This document shows, piece after piece, positions 9,501 to 18,716 of a DNA stretch of 51,036 nt. Positions within the stretch are counted from its first letter, which is position 1. The number at the start of each line of letters is the position of its first letter. The notes beneath the pieces were generated by a model. That model saw only the letters and a program-made list of their open reading frames with translations, was not told the DNA's origin and ran no database searches. The translations under genes were made by a program, and so were the position numbers. Source of the DNA: a virus; the IMG/VR virus record IMGVR_UViG_3300029775_000002, positions 1 to 51,036 of that record. One strand, written 5' to 3'.

Positions 9501-10615
9501 TGAGGCTGAAATGCGTATTAGTTCTATTGATACTGCTTATATCCATGACCGGGGCGGCTCTTGCTGCAGAGGAAAAACTGAAGGTCAGGAACTCGGACGG
9601 TGAAGAAGTAACAAGGGACACGACCCCTAAAAAATCAATGACTTTAGAGGATGCCGTTTCCCTTAATGCTGACATGGAGGACGCTGGAGTTCTGAGTAAT
9701 GACAATGAAGACGAAGAAACCGAGGAAGACGAGGCTCCTGAGAAATCATATAATAAAGAAATAGTTGAAGATGAAGATTATATAAGAAACGAAGTTGCGG
9801 CCGGAAACGAGCAATTTTTAACCGGGTTATTCACAGGGATTTACACAGAGTTCCAAAATTCTAGCGTAAAGGATGAAAACGGCAATGTGGCAGGTATGAT
9901 TTATACAGTCGTCACTTTTGTCCCGAACCCTTACGAGAATAATACAATAGTGGACTTATACGGCGGGTATGTCAATCTCTGTATATTCCTTACAGTTATG
10001 TTCGTTTTAGGGGAATCCGTTAATCGTAGTGCTGCCAGGATGAAAATAACTTCAGGTTCTAAGTATAGTCTCCCTCCTAGAAGGCTTATAGGCGGGCTTG
10101 CTATGTGCATGTTTGCGGTAATGGGAAACGTGTTTTACATGCTCATATTAGAGATAATCGAAGCTCTAAACGGCTTCATTACAATGCCCGTAGTTCCTGC
10201 AATGACTCCAGACCCAGAGCATTTCTTTACGTTTTTGATGATGGGACTCTGCGACCTGCTTGTAATGATATTTTTTATAGTTCGGTACTTCCTGATTTAC
10301 ACTTTCGCCGTGATTTGCGGGGTTGTTTTTGTCCTGTTAGTTTTCAAAACATCAAGGGACTTCTCACAAAATGTTATCGAGAAAATGATAAGGATTCTAG
10401 CCCTTCAGCCAGCTTCTTTGTTTGTCACATCAGTATGCATTTTAGCAATAGATTCGTTACCAATGCCCCTTCAGCGTTTCGGTTATGTAGGGGTTACGGT
10501 TGTAATATTCTTAACTTGTTACTATTTCATGTTCGGAAATTTCACGCTGCTTAAAACGGGTATCAGTACCGCAGTCTCAAAAGGATTAGTTAAAACCGGA
10601 GTTCGATACAAATGA
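9500..10615 (+). CDS. VirB6/TrbL-like polytopic membrane protein
   Basis: Signal peptide, acidic stretch, then about 6 TM helices; position in the VirB4 operon. Confidence 0.55.
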   Translation: MRLKCVLVLLILLISMTGAALAAEEKLKVRNSDGEEVTRDTTPKKSMTLEDAVSLNADMEDAGVLSNDNEDEETEEDEAPEKSYNKEIVEDEDYIRNEVAAGNEQFLTGLFTGIYTEFQNSSVKDENGNVAGMIYTVVTFVPNPYENNTIVDLYGGYVNLCIFLTVMFVLGESVNRSAARMKITSGSKYSLPPRRLIGGLAMCMFAVMGNVFYMLILEIIEALNGFITMPVVPAMTPDPEHFFTFLMMGLCDLLVMIFFIVRYFLIYTFAVICGVVFVLLVFKTSRDFSQNVIEKMIRILALQPASLFVTSVCILAIDSLPMPLQRFGYVGVTVVIFLTCYYFMFGNFTLLKTGISTAVSKGLVKTGVRYK

Positions 10616-11607
10616 CCAACGAAACACCATATTCACAAGCAAGACCACCAAAAACAATCACAAGAATAAAATCAGACAGGTTCTTAGACCTTACCAACCT
10701 CCATACATGGATACTGTTCGCAGCAACAGCCGCATGTATGTATCTCTTCAGGGAGATGTCAAACAGTATAATAGTTGTACTAACAGCAACCAGAAATATG
10801 ACACCAGAAGAACTGATAACAGATGCTTACATGAACATTCTTATGTATGCTTCAATGCTCGTTTTAGTCGTGTTTTTCTGGTTGAAATATTTTAGAAACG
10901 ATGATCTCGTGGAATACCAGAAAGACCGGACAGTGTTTTTCATCCAGGGTCTACGCGGGAAGCATGTAATCAATACAATGGCTGAATCAATGGAGAACCT
11001 GTTAAAACTCGTTTCTATCGTGGGAATCCATGACAGCACAGACGGGATAAAGGAAACTAAAGCCCCAAAAGGTGTTATAATTGAATTTGGTCCTCATATC
11101 TCATTTATCCAGAGATTGAAAATCTTCTTCAGGCTCGAAAAGAAGAAGCTGAATGAATATGGGGTACTGATTGAAACATTCCCGCCCAGGCTCTCAGATG
11201 AATTCCGAGAGTTTCACGAGATGGTACTCCAAAAGGTTGTAAACGGGCTTCCGGTTAACACGTTATTTGAAAATATATCCTGCTCTGTGATGGAGCCCAA
11301 AAAGCAGGTTTTAGAGTATCTGCTCTCACTAATGAACACCTCAAAGGGGGATGCAAGCGACAAACATCTTGCAGACATGTATCTCAAGATTTCTACTGAT
11401 AACGAACTTGTAATAAAATGGCGGTATTATTCCTTCATTTCATTGGGAGAGCGTAAAAATATAGCTGCTGCAAGGGTCCAGTATGGGGCAATAATCCCAG
11501 GGCTCATATCAAGTATGAAAGGTGCTTCTCTGTGCCCTGTAGTGCTTAGAGATCAACAGTCGGTAATTGAAGCTTATAAAATTATGTTAGGGGAGGTAGA
11601 CGCATGA
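10612..11607 (+). CDS. VirB3/PrgI-like protein (two TM helices plus soluble domain)
   Basis: Two N-terminal hydrophobic helices; overlaps the VirB4 start (ATGA). Confidence 0.45.
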   Translation: MTNETPYSQARPPKTITRIKSDRFLDLTNLHTWILFAATAACMYLFREMSNSIIVVLTATRNMTPEELITDAYMNILMYASMLVLVVFFWLKYFRNDDLVEYQKDRTVFFIQGLRGKHVINTMAESMENLLKLVSIVGIHDSTDGIKETKAPKGVIIEFGPHISFIQRLKIFFRLEKKKLNEYGVLIETFPPRLSDEFREFHEMVLQKVVNGLPVNTLFENISCSVMEPKKQVLEYLLSLMNTSKGDASDKHLADMYLKISTDNELVIKWRYYSFISLGERKNIAAARVQYGAIIPGLISSMKGASLCPVVLRDQQSVIEAYKIMLGEVDA

Positions 11608-14165
11608 TAGTTCAAAAAGTCAAGAATCTTAAAACGAATGTAAAGAAGAGATGGAACGATGCTGGACACTACGCAGATAATCAAGCATGGTCTAGGTCAT
11701 ATGCAAGAAAGATTCTTCCAAGCAGGATTGAGGTATTTGATACTAATCTCGTATTTAATCAGAGAATGGTAGTCCGAACTATTGTATGTGGTTTACCAAC
11801 TGATACAGGTTCAGAAGGATACCCACGAGACTTCAGCAGCAAAACTATTGAGCAGATACAGAACCTAGCGTTTGATGGGGTTAGGGTCTTAATTTCTACG
11901 GGTCTCATTCAGTTGCCAGGGGTTCACACAAAAGAGACGTTAGAGCAGGCACATTTTGATGCAGGAGTTAGGCGAAGCCAAAACAATCACGAAGGGACTG
12001 AGAAAGATGAGCTCGAACTTACTATGAAAAGTCAGGATATCATACAAAACTATTCTGAAATATATTACAAGTCTCAAAAGGCTTTTCATGCTTCTTTTGT
12101 TGTCGTCCTGCGTGGGCCTGCTGATCTAGTGTTCGAGGCTGAAAGTAAATTAATAAACATTATCAGAGGGGAAAATATAGAGGTTACTATTCCTAGCAGG
12201 CTTCAGCTTGAGATGCTACAGACGGCTTTACCTGGACCAGACACTCACCCTAGATCATGGGTTGAAGTTCGTTCAGACGGGGCGGCGGTCTTATCATCTG
12301 CAACAAACCTGAACAGCCGGACAGATGATACAGGCATGTATTTCGGGAAGGACATGTTAACCAATAATGAAATTATGTTCGATCTGGATAGACTTGCAGC
12401 CAAAACACTGGCTATGTGTGGAGCTACAGGGTCCGGTAAAACATATGCTTATCTGCTGCTTCTCATGCGGTTGAAGACTCTCAGGGATGCCCGGATAATA
12501 TACACGACTCCAAAGGCCGATGAAGGCACTAATTATAGGTCTGTAGCGGCTGCATTTGGGGACAATGGCTGTATAGCTGACATTGGTATTAATGGATCTG
12601 AATATTTCAATCCTCTTGATATTCTGATTGACCTTGAGAGCATGGGACTGAACAAGGAAGAACTGAAGGGAGCCAGGAAACATATATTTGAAAATTTATA
12701 CGACCTGAAGAAAGGGACCTTAATAAACGCTCATAGAATCTGGTTAGGCTCAGAATTCACGTCAAATATGGCTAGTTATCTCGATGAGTCCCTTGATTAT
12801 GTTTACGAGCAAGCAGGAATCTATAGGGATGAACCGGACAGCTTTTCAAATCCAATGCCTGTATATCCTACACTCCGTTTTAAATGGGAGCTGGATAAGG
12901 AAAACAAGAACTTAGGGACTAAACAGAAGACCGCAGAGGCACTTTATAATAAGACTTATCAGTTCTCTTCAACTGGATTATTTAATAGATACTGCAACCA
13001 GACAAAAGGGCTGGACCTTAACAAAGACTTCATTATAATAGATATGGCAAACGTCCCAGACGAGATTAAAACGTTTATGTCAGTCATTGTAAACGGGGCT
13101 ATAGCTTCCAGGTTCAGCACTCACAACGAAAGAGAGACCTATCTAGCGATTGATGAAGGCGGGGTCTACCTTCGGGATAAGCTATTAAGAGAACAGATGC
13201 TACAGAGGCTCACGCAGGGTAGGAGTCATAAGTTTTACCAGTGGATTGCAACACATCAGCCGTCAGACTTCTCTAAAAATGGAGTCGGTGAGGACTTCAG
13301 GACGAATACCTACATAAATATCCTGATGGGAAACAACATTAAAAAATCCCTCAATGATGTAAAAGACTATTTTGAGTTAACAGAAAACGAATGCTCTATA
13401 TTGTCAAACTGTACTGTAGGACAGGGTCTATTACTATTCGGAGATTCCGAAGATGAAAGAGTTCCCATCTTCTTTGAGTCTACAAAATGGGAGCATGAAA
13501 CGATCAAAGGAATAGGATATGAAGACAAAAAACCAGTTGCTGATAGTGGTTTAACGTTTAAGAGGGAATTCAAGCATTTAATAGCAGATCATAAAATCAT
13601 CTTTTCAGACTGGTTTGATGGCGACTCTTCCGTATTATTACAACAGGGCTACGAAAAACACCAAGTTTCCAGAGTTAACAAACCAGGAACGGTTGGTGCT
13701 TTTTTACCAAAGGGTTCTGTCAGGAATGGACGGATAATATTACCGCATTTGGGAGACATGAAACTCATTCATTTCTCTGATGTGATCCAGTTAGACCCGT
13801 TAATGCAGTCTGAAAACTTCGAGGAAATAACGATAAACCACAATCAGGATGTGGATATTAAGGGCCGGAAAAATGGAAAATGGCTTGGCTTGGAAGTCGA
13901 AATAAAAGGCTCTCACACTACAGAGGAATTGATAGCAAAGAAGGCAGCTGCACTCGGAAAAGGAATGGAAGTTCGTTTCATTTGCAGTTCCGCGGATTAT
14001 CCCTTCATTTCAGGGACCGTAGGTGAGGATTATACGCTTAAAAGAGGGTCGGACGTTGCTGATTTCTTAAAGAATTTCGCGGCTGAAGAAGAAAACGGCG
14101 AAGAAGAAACAGATATTCAGGTTCCTGCTGAATCTGGACTGATTACTGATGAATTGGAGGCTTAA
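11604..14165 (+). CDS. virB4: VirB4-like secretion/conjugation ATPase with a C-terminal PD-(D/E)XK-like domain
   Basis: Walker A GATGSGKT, FNPLD, IIIDM, Walker B LAIDEGG, ATHQPSDF and GQGLL motifs; 853 aa. Confidence 0.8.
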   Translation: MIVQKVKNLKTNVKKRWNDAGHYADNQAWSRSYARKILPSRIEVFDTNLVFNQRMVVRTIVCGLPTDTGSEGYPRDFSSKTIEQIQNLAFDGVRVLISTGLIQLPGVHTKETLEQAHFDAGVRRSQNNHEGTEKDELELTMKSQDIIQNYSEIYYKSQKAFHASFVVVLRGPADLVFEAESKLINIIRGENIEVTIPSRLQLEMLQTALPGPDTHPRSWVEVRSDGAAVLSSATNLNSRTDDTGMYFGKDMLTNNEIMFDLDRLAAKTLAMCGATGSGKTYAYLLLLMRLKTLRDARIIYTTPKADEGTNYRSVAAAFGDNGCIADIGINGSEYFNPLDILIDLESMGLNKEELKGARKHIFENLYDLKKGTLINAHRIWLGSEFTSNMASYLDESLDYVYEQAGIYRDEPDSFSNPMPVYPTLRFKWELDKENKNLGTKQKTAEALYNKTYQFSSTGLFNRYCNQTKGLDLNKDFIIIDMANVPDEIKTFMSVIVNGAIASRFSTHNERETYLAIDEGGVYLRDKLLREQMLQRLTQGRSHKFYQWIATHQPSDFSKNGVGEDFRTNTYINILMGNNIKKSLNDVKDYFELTENECSILSNCTVGQGLLLFGDSEDERVPIFFESTKWEHETIKGIGYEDKKPVADSGLTFKREFKHLIADHKIIFSDWFDGDSSVLLQQGYEKHQVSRVNKPGTVGAFLPKGSVRNGRIILPHLGDMKLIHFSDVIQLDPLMQSENFEEITINHNQDVDIKGRKNGKWLGLEVEIKGSHTTEELIAKKAAALGKGMEVRFICSSADYPFISGTVGEDYTLKRGSDVADFLKNFAAEEENGEEETDIQVPAESGLITDELEA

Positions 14166-14265
14166 TATACCTCCTTTTCAAAAGGCACTATACAGATAGC
14201 TGTATAGATTGGCGGGCGGGATGCCTGGCAAAAAATAATTTAATCCTTTTTTAGGTGATCTAATA

Positions 14266-14508
<243 letters not shown>

Positions 14509-14564
14509 GATAGAATATAGTATAGTAGTAGTGTGTACACACAGATACACACAATCCCTTTAAT

Positions 14565-14996
14565 ATGGAGGTCTTATCCTTGTCTTCTCTCACTTCCACA
14601 AACGTAAAATTAGAATCCGAAAAGCTCGAACTTATAAAAATGAAAGGCGTCAATGTCTCGGCTTTATGCAGGGATGCGATAGACTCTTATCTTAAATTAA
14701 ATAGCACAGATAAAGCCGTTATAAAGAGCCAGATCGCAGACTTACAACAGCAAAGGAATTCTATTGACCTACAAATAAAACTCCTCCTGAAGCAGTTAGA
14801 AACATGTGAGAACGAAGACGTATTAAGCACTCATCGAAACGCAATGTATGATAAATGGAAAACTAACATGGCGTTTATGGTCAATAAAAAGACTATTGAT
14901 TGGGGTACTATTTCAGATGTCTTCAAGTTCTCAACAAGGGCAGAATGTGAGGCATACATTATAAATAGGTTGAAAGAAGATGGATTAATTAATTAA
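14565..14996 (+). CDS. RHH plus coiled-coil DNA-binding protein
   Basis: TNVKLESEKLELIKMKGVNVSALCRDAIDSYL RHH pattern, heptads, KFST motif shared with 17738-18244. Confidence 0.6.
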   Translation: MEVLSLSSLTSTNVKLESEKLELIKMKGVNVSALCRDAIDSYLKLNSTDKAVIKSQIADLQQQRNSIDLQIKLLLKQLETCENEDVLSTHRNAMYDKWKTNMAFMVNKKTIDWGTISDVFKFSTRAECEAYIINRLKEDGLIN

Positions 14997-15174
14997 CACT
15001 TCCAGAGGGGTATCTATTGACAGGCGACAAATCCGAGGTGGAGAACCAGCTCGTAGAAATAGAAAAGGAAATAGAGTGTTTAGATGCTCAAAGGCGTTTA
15101 CTCCTTTCCATTCTTGAAACTATTAATAACGAAGTCCCGACAGGGGCTTAACTACTCTTTTATTTAAATCGTTA

Positions 15175-15399
15175 TTGGTTGACGATGTGTACACGTACAC
15201 ACATTTAATTAAGGATGTTCTCTTGTTTCGTTGTTTTCAACGGTCTCTCTCTCAAAACAAAAAGGATCTTGCAAGATTAACTAAGAGAGTTGCTGAACTA
15301 GAAACCACTAATGAGACCTTAGTTCGCTTCCTTCGCGGGAAGTTCAGGAAGGATTCACACAAGCTAACAAAGCTCTTAAATATGAAGAAATATCAATAA
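15175..15399 (+). CDS. Hypothetical coiled-coil protein
   Basis: 74-aa ORF with heptads LARLTKRVAELETTNETL. Confidence 0.35.
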   Translation: MVDDVYTYTHLIKDVLLFRCFQRSLSQNKKDLARLTKRVAELETTNETLVRFLRGKFRKDSHKLTKLLNMKKYQ

Positions 15400-15744
15400 A
15401 CCACAACGCGAAGGAGGATTTAAGAGGCAAGAAAAACGGTAAATGGCTGGCAATTGAATATGAGAAAAAGGGCAGTCATACGAAAGACGAACTAATCAAA
15501 AAGAAGCTTGCTGCACTCGAAAAGGGATACGAGGTTAGGTTCATTTGCAGTAGCTCGGATTATCCCACTATTTCGGATGCCGTGGGTGAGGAATACACCC
15601 TTTCGAGAGGGTCAGCCGTTACCGATTTCCTAAAGAATTTCAGGAATCAAAACATAGAAAAAGCTGAAATGCTGGATCCTGGAACTTCTCAGGAACTTAC
15701 CGAAGGAATGGAGGCTTAATATGCCTCCTTTTCAAACGGCACTA
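15381..15744 (+). pseudogene. 5'-truncated diverged copy of the virB4 3' end and its downstream sequence
   Basis: Open frame YEEISINHNAKEDLRGKKNGKWLAIEYEKKGSHTKDEL…MEA* matches VirB4 FEEITINHNQDVDIKGRKNGKWLGLEVEIKGSHTTEEL…LEA*; both are followed by ATAT(A/G)CCTCCTTTTCAAA.GGCACTA; no start codon. Confidence 0.85.
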
Positions 15745-15756
15745 AGGAAGAAAAAG

Positions 15757-16065
15757 TTATTTTTTCGAATAGTAAAGTGCTACACATTCCCGCTCATACG
15801 TGAATACTTTTCCGCATCTCTGACATTCAAAATCTGTCTCATAATCTTCTAGGTCAACATCTCCGCATCCCTGTTCTTCTCCACAGTGAGGACATACTAA
15901 CCGAGATGTACCTGAGCAATAGATCTCTTTTTCTTCAGTCATGTGCTTTAACCCTCCTTCCCAAACTTCGTTCAGGTCGCCAACATAGACACCAGGTCCA
16001 TATTTTTCTTCTGCTAATTTTTGAGCTTCTATCCTATCAATCTTCATATTTTCACCTTCAATCAA
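15757..16065 (-). CDS. Zinc-ribbon protein
   Basis: CPHCG and CQRCGK motifs. Confidence 0.6.
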   Translation of the reverse strand: MIEGENMKIDRIEAQKLAEEKYGPGVYVGDLNEVWEGGLKHMTEEKEIYCSGTSRLVCPHCGEEQGCGDVDLEDYETDFECQRCGKVFTYERECVALYYSKK

Positions 16066-16210
16066 TTGAGCAACAACAAAAATGTTTTGAAAAAGAATTA
16101 TGCGGGAATTCTTGAGAGATATTCGCTCTCATACTCCCTTCTGATATCTTCAACCGTTCTCAGGACTGCAGCTTACATGCTGTGTTGTTTAGTTTGCAAT
16201 ACTGCATATT

Positions 16211-16438
16211 TTATTCCTCACATTCCTTGATCTTCTCTTTCAATTCCCTGTTTTCATATTCAAGCGCAGGCACTCTTTCCGCCTGCAACATAGCATATAA
16301 CATTCCATCCTCTAGTGTTTTTACTCGATGCCCATTTATTGTGCGTCCATCGAGTTTTAATTTACTTACGAAAATTTTAAACTTCTCGCGAGTTGTCGGA
16401 TGGACATCCGCGAATTTTACTTTTTTCTGGTCCTGCAT
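16211..16438 (-). CDS. Hypothetical protein
   Basis: 75-aa ORF in a coupled minus-strand run. Confidence 0.5.
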   Translation of the reverse strand: MQDQKKVKFADVHPTTREKFKIFVSKLKLDGRTINGHRVKTLEDGMLYAMLQAERVPALEYENRELKEKIKECEE

Positions 16439-16612
16439 TTTTCAGACCTCTTACATCAAAATTATGTTCTTTATAATAATCAGTTCGATTATTATTGCAA
16501 TTATTGCAATCAATCCATATCTACTCATCCAGAAATCTGGATCATGAAATGCTGCAATAAAATGTTTAATTATGTTCTTTTTCATTTCTTTTCTCCTATT
16601 TTCCGTGCCATT

Positions 16613-16798
16613 TTAGAAAGCTTTTTCTGCATCTTCAAGAAGCAGATTATCTCTTTTTTCAATTAGTTTTCTCTGTTTTTCCTGAAGAGTGTAAAACTCC
16701 TCATCTGAGTAGTCATACCCGTTTTCATATCTATGCGCGAAATCAAGTTCTACAGCATTTGCCTCGATTTCTCTATTTAGTTCTTTTATTGATGTCAT
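16613..16798 (-). CDS. Hypothetical coiled-coil protein
   Basis: 61-aa ORF with a GGAGG RBS. Confidence 0.5.
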   Translation of the reverse strand: MTSIKELNREIEANAVELDFAHRYENGYDYSDEEFYTLQEKQRKLIEKRDNLLLEDAEKAF

Positions 16799-16800
16799 TT

Positions 16801-17229
16801 TCAGACCTCCACAAATCCGCAGTGCCTGAATACTGCGGTCTTTTTGACCGAACCATCGGGCTGGGTCTGGTCAATACTTTCCCTTTTTGAGAAAGCGTAC
16901 ATTGGCAGGATATCAACTTCTTCAGAATGTAGAACCCGTTCTATTTTCCCCATGAAATATGGTGCACCACCTATCATGGCAAATCCTCGATAGTTTTCTT
17001 CGGAGTCATATTCATCTGGGAAATATTTTACAGCGATTTTCGCTATTTTTTCAGCCCTTTGGTACATGTGCCATGATTCAGTTTCGGCAATTTCATCAAA
17101 TGTAAGGAGTTTCTGTATCCTCTTCTTGTCTTCAGCAGAAGGTTCGAACACTCCGGCTTCGATCTGTTCATGGGTTGCTACATGTTGGGTTAGGTTCAAA
17201 ATTTTTCCATATATCATTTTCTTTTTCAC
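16801..17229 (-). CDS. Conserved phage hypothetical protein
   Basis: NLTQH.AT.EQ…MIGGAPYFM…YAFSKRES…DGSV.K pattern recalled from phage hypothetical proteins. Confidence 0.6.
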   Translation of the reverse strand: MKKKMIYGKILNLTQHVATHEQIEAGVFEPSAEDKKRIQKLLTFDEIAETESWHMYQRAEKIAKIAVKYFPDEYDSEENYRGFAMIGGAPYFMGKIERVLHSEEVDILPMYAFSKRESIDQTQPDGSVKKTAVFRHCGFVEV

Positions 17230-17477
17230 CTTTTCTTATTTTCTCGCGGGGCCTTTCGCCCTCGTACAATACTACTATACGCACTATTCATATAAGTACT
17301 TTTCGTATAATCCGTATAAATGTAAGAATTGTATTAAAATGACGCCCGATTTCATCTAAAAAGAATACAAAAAAGAAATATTAACCCCATTTTTCCACTA
17401 ACTCAGCCAAAGAAATAGACTGAGCTGACGTAACTTCGAATTTCGTATAATACATATATCCCATTTCCTAAGGAACT

Positions 17478-17748
17478 AATTATGTATATATCAAATTCAA
17501 TTCGTATATACAATAATCACATCTGGAAATAATAAAGAATATCGATATCAGTCGAATTTGTTATATACTCAATTCAATTATGTATATATCTAATTCACGT
17601 CTATTACTATACTACTATACTATACTTTACAGAATTTAATATATTATATATATAATATACGAAATTCATTTTTACATCATCTTTTAGTTTTTTTCGTTCA
17701 TGTATTGTGTATATATCAAATTCAATTATGTATATACTCAATTCAATC
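17478..17748. repeat. Iteron-like ~21-bp direct repeats around an AT-rich core (candidate origin or centromere)
   Basis: About 5-6 copies of TATGTATATA(TC/CT)(A/C)AATTCAAT, partly in tandem pairs, flanking ACTATACT repeats and AATTTAATATATTATATATATAATA. Confidence 0.75.
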
Positions 17749-18244
17749 GTAGGTAACTCTTTACTTTCTTTTCAGGTACTCCTTCGTTGATCCAAACATT
17801 CATGACGTATTCCTTTGCTTCATCGAATGTTGAAAACTTCCAGGCTTCCATGAGATGTTCCATCCAGAGTCTATTATATGTACTCTTGGACTGCATTGAC
17901 TTTATACACCCTATTATGTACACTCTTCTTTTATCCTCAAACTCTTCTCGTTCTCTTTCTTCCTGAGCTAGAAGTTCTTCATTTTCTTCGAGTTCTATGA
18001 GCTGCATTTCTCGTTGATGTAGGATAATCTCATACTCTTTTATTTTATTTTTAGTCTCTTCGATGTCCTTTTTTAATTGCTCTATAGGTGAACTTTTACT
18101 TTTCCTGAAAGCCGCTATGCTTTCTCGCAAAAACTCGGATAATTCCTTATCATACCCTTTCATAAATTCCAAGTCTGCGCTTTCAATAGAAACACAGGTA
18201 GTTACTCGGTTTTTTAGTTTCGGTTTACGTCCTCTAGGAGCCAT
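17738..18244 (-). CDS. RHH plus coiled-coil DNA-binding protein (paralog of 14565-14996)
   Basis: VTTCVSIESADLEFMKGYDKELSEFLRESI RHH pattern, coiled coil, WKFSTFDEAKEY. Confidence 0.6.
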   Translation of the reverse strand: MAPRGRKPKLKNRVTTCVSIESADLEFMKGYDKELSEFLRESIAAFRKSKSSPIEQLKKDIEETKNKIKEYEIILHQREMQLIELEENEELLAQEEREREEFEDKRRVYIIGCIKSMQSKSTYNRLWMEHLMEAWKFSTFDEAKEYVMNVWINEGVPEKKVKSYLRLN

Positions 18245-18381
18245 AGTTTCACCTACCGAGAACGATAAATATATATGCAAAAAAAGCCATATTGTTAATT
18301 GCCAATGTATCTAGGCTTTTCAAGATATATAGCATCGGGAGTGCCGCAAACATTCCCGGAGCTTATCGTTCTCTCCTATTT

Positions 18382-18588
18382 TTAGACTGTTTTATTGAAG
18401 CGAAATTTCTCAGGATACATCTTGTTCAGGATCTCATCAATGATGTCCTTAACATGATATCTCGTTCCAGTTGATTCCGTTTTTTCCTTAGCGAGTTCCT
18501 TTAGCAGCGCGTTGGCTTCATAGGATACATTCGCTTTTGTGTAGCCTGGATCGTAAGTAATGTGCAATACCTCCATAATATCAAACAT
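18382..18588 (-). CDS. Small RHH-like regulator
   Basis: KANVSYEANALLKELAKE…VKDIIDEIL pattern; a 22-bp palindrome lies immediately upstream. Confidence 0.5.
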   Translation of the reverse strand: MFDIMEVLHITYDPGYTKANVSYEANALLKELAKEKTESTGTRYHVKDIIDEILNKMYPEKFRFNKTV

Positions 18589-18593
18589 TTAAT

Positions 18594-18615
18594 TAAGTAC
18601 TAGTACTAGTACTTA
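18594..18615. promoter_or_regulatory. 22-bp palindrome (TAGTAC repeats), putative operator
   Basis: TAAGTACTAGTACTAGTACTTA between a TATA-like tract and the start of 18382-18588. Confidence 0.55.
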
Positions 18616-18676
18616 CTAGTATATATAACTATCACAGTTTTATAAAAATATAAATGTTATATATAACTCTAAAGAA

Positions 18677-18716
18677 TTGACATTCTCCCCTCCCCAAAGG
18701 AAGGGGATTCTTCTTT
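18677..18716 (-). mobile_element. IS200/IS605 right-end hairpin downstream of tnpA
   Basis: The minus strand reads GAATCCCCTTCCTTTGGGGAGGGGAGAATGTCAA and ends in TCAA. Confidence 0.65.

Noticed and set aside
10105-10554. 149-aa alternative-frame ORF inside the VirB6-like gene
   Set aside because: Fully nested, low-complexity composition, no support; the same applies to most short nested or antisense ORFs in the track
7455-14165. Pleolipovirus-like module (VP3, spike, NTPase)
   Set aside because: Membrane protein plus anchored spike-like topology is similar, but the 853-aa VirB4-type ATPase and VirB6-like protein fit a T4SS better; not fully excluded
16801-17229. Anti-CRISPR ring nuclease (AcrIII-1/DUF1874)
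   Set aside because: Lacks the NAFS and GH.ST motifs of that family
17478-17748. Possible CRISPR mini-array
   Set aside because: Repeats are tandem or irregularly spaced, AT-rich and lack unique constant-length spacers; no cas genes
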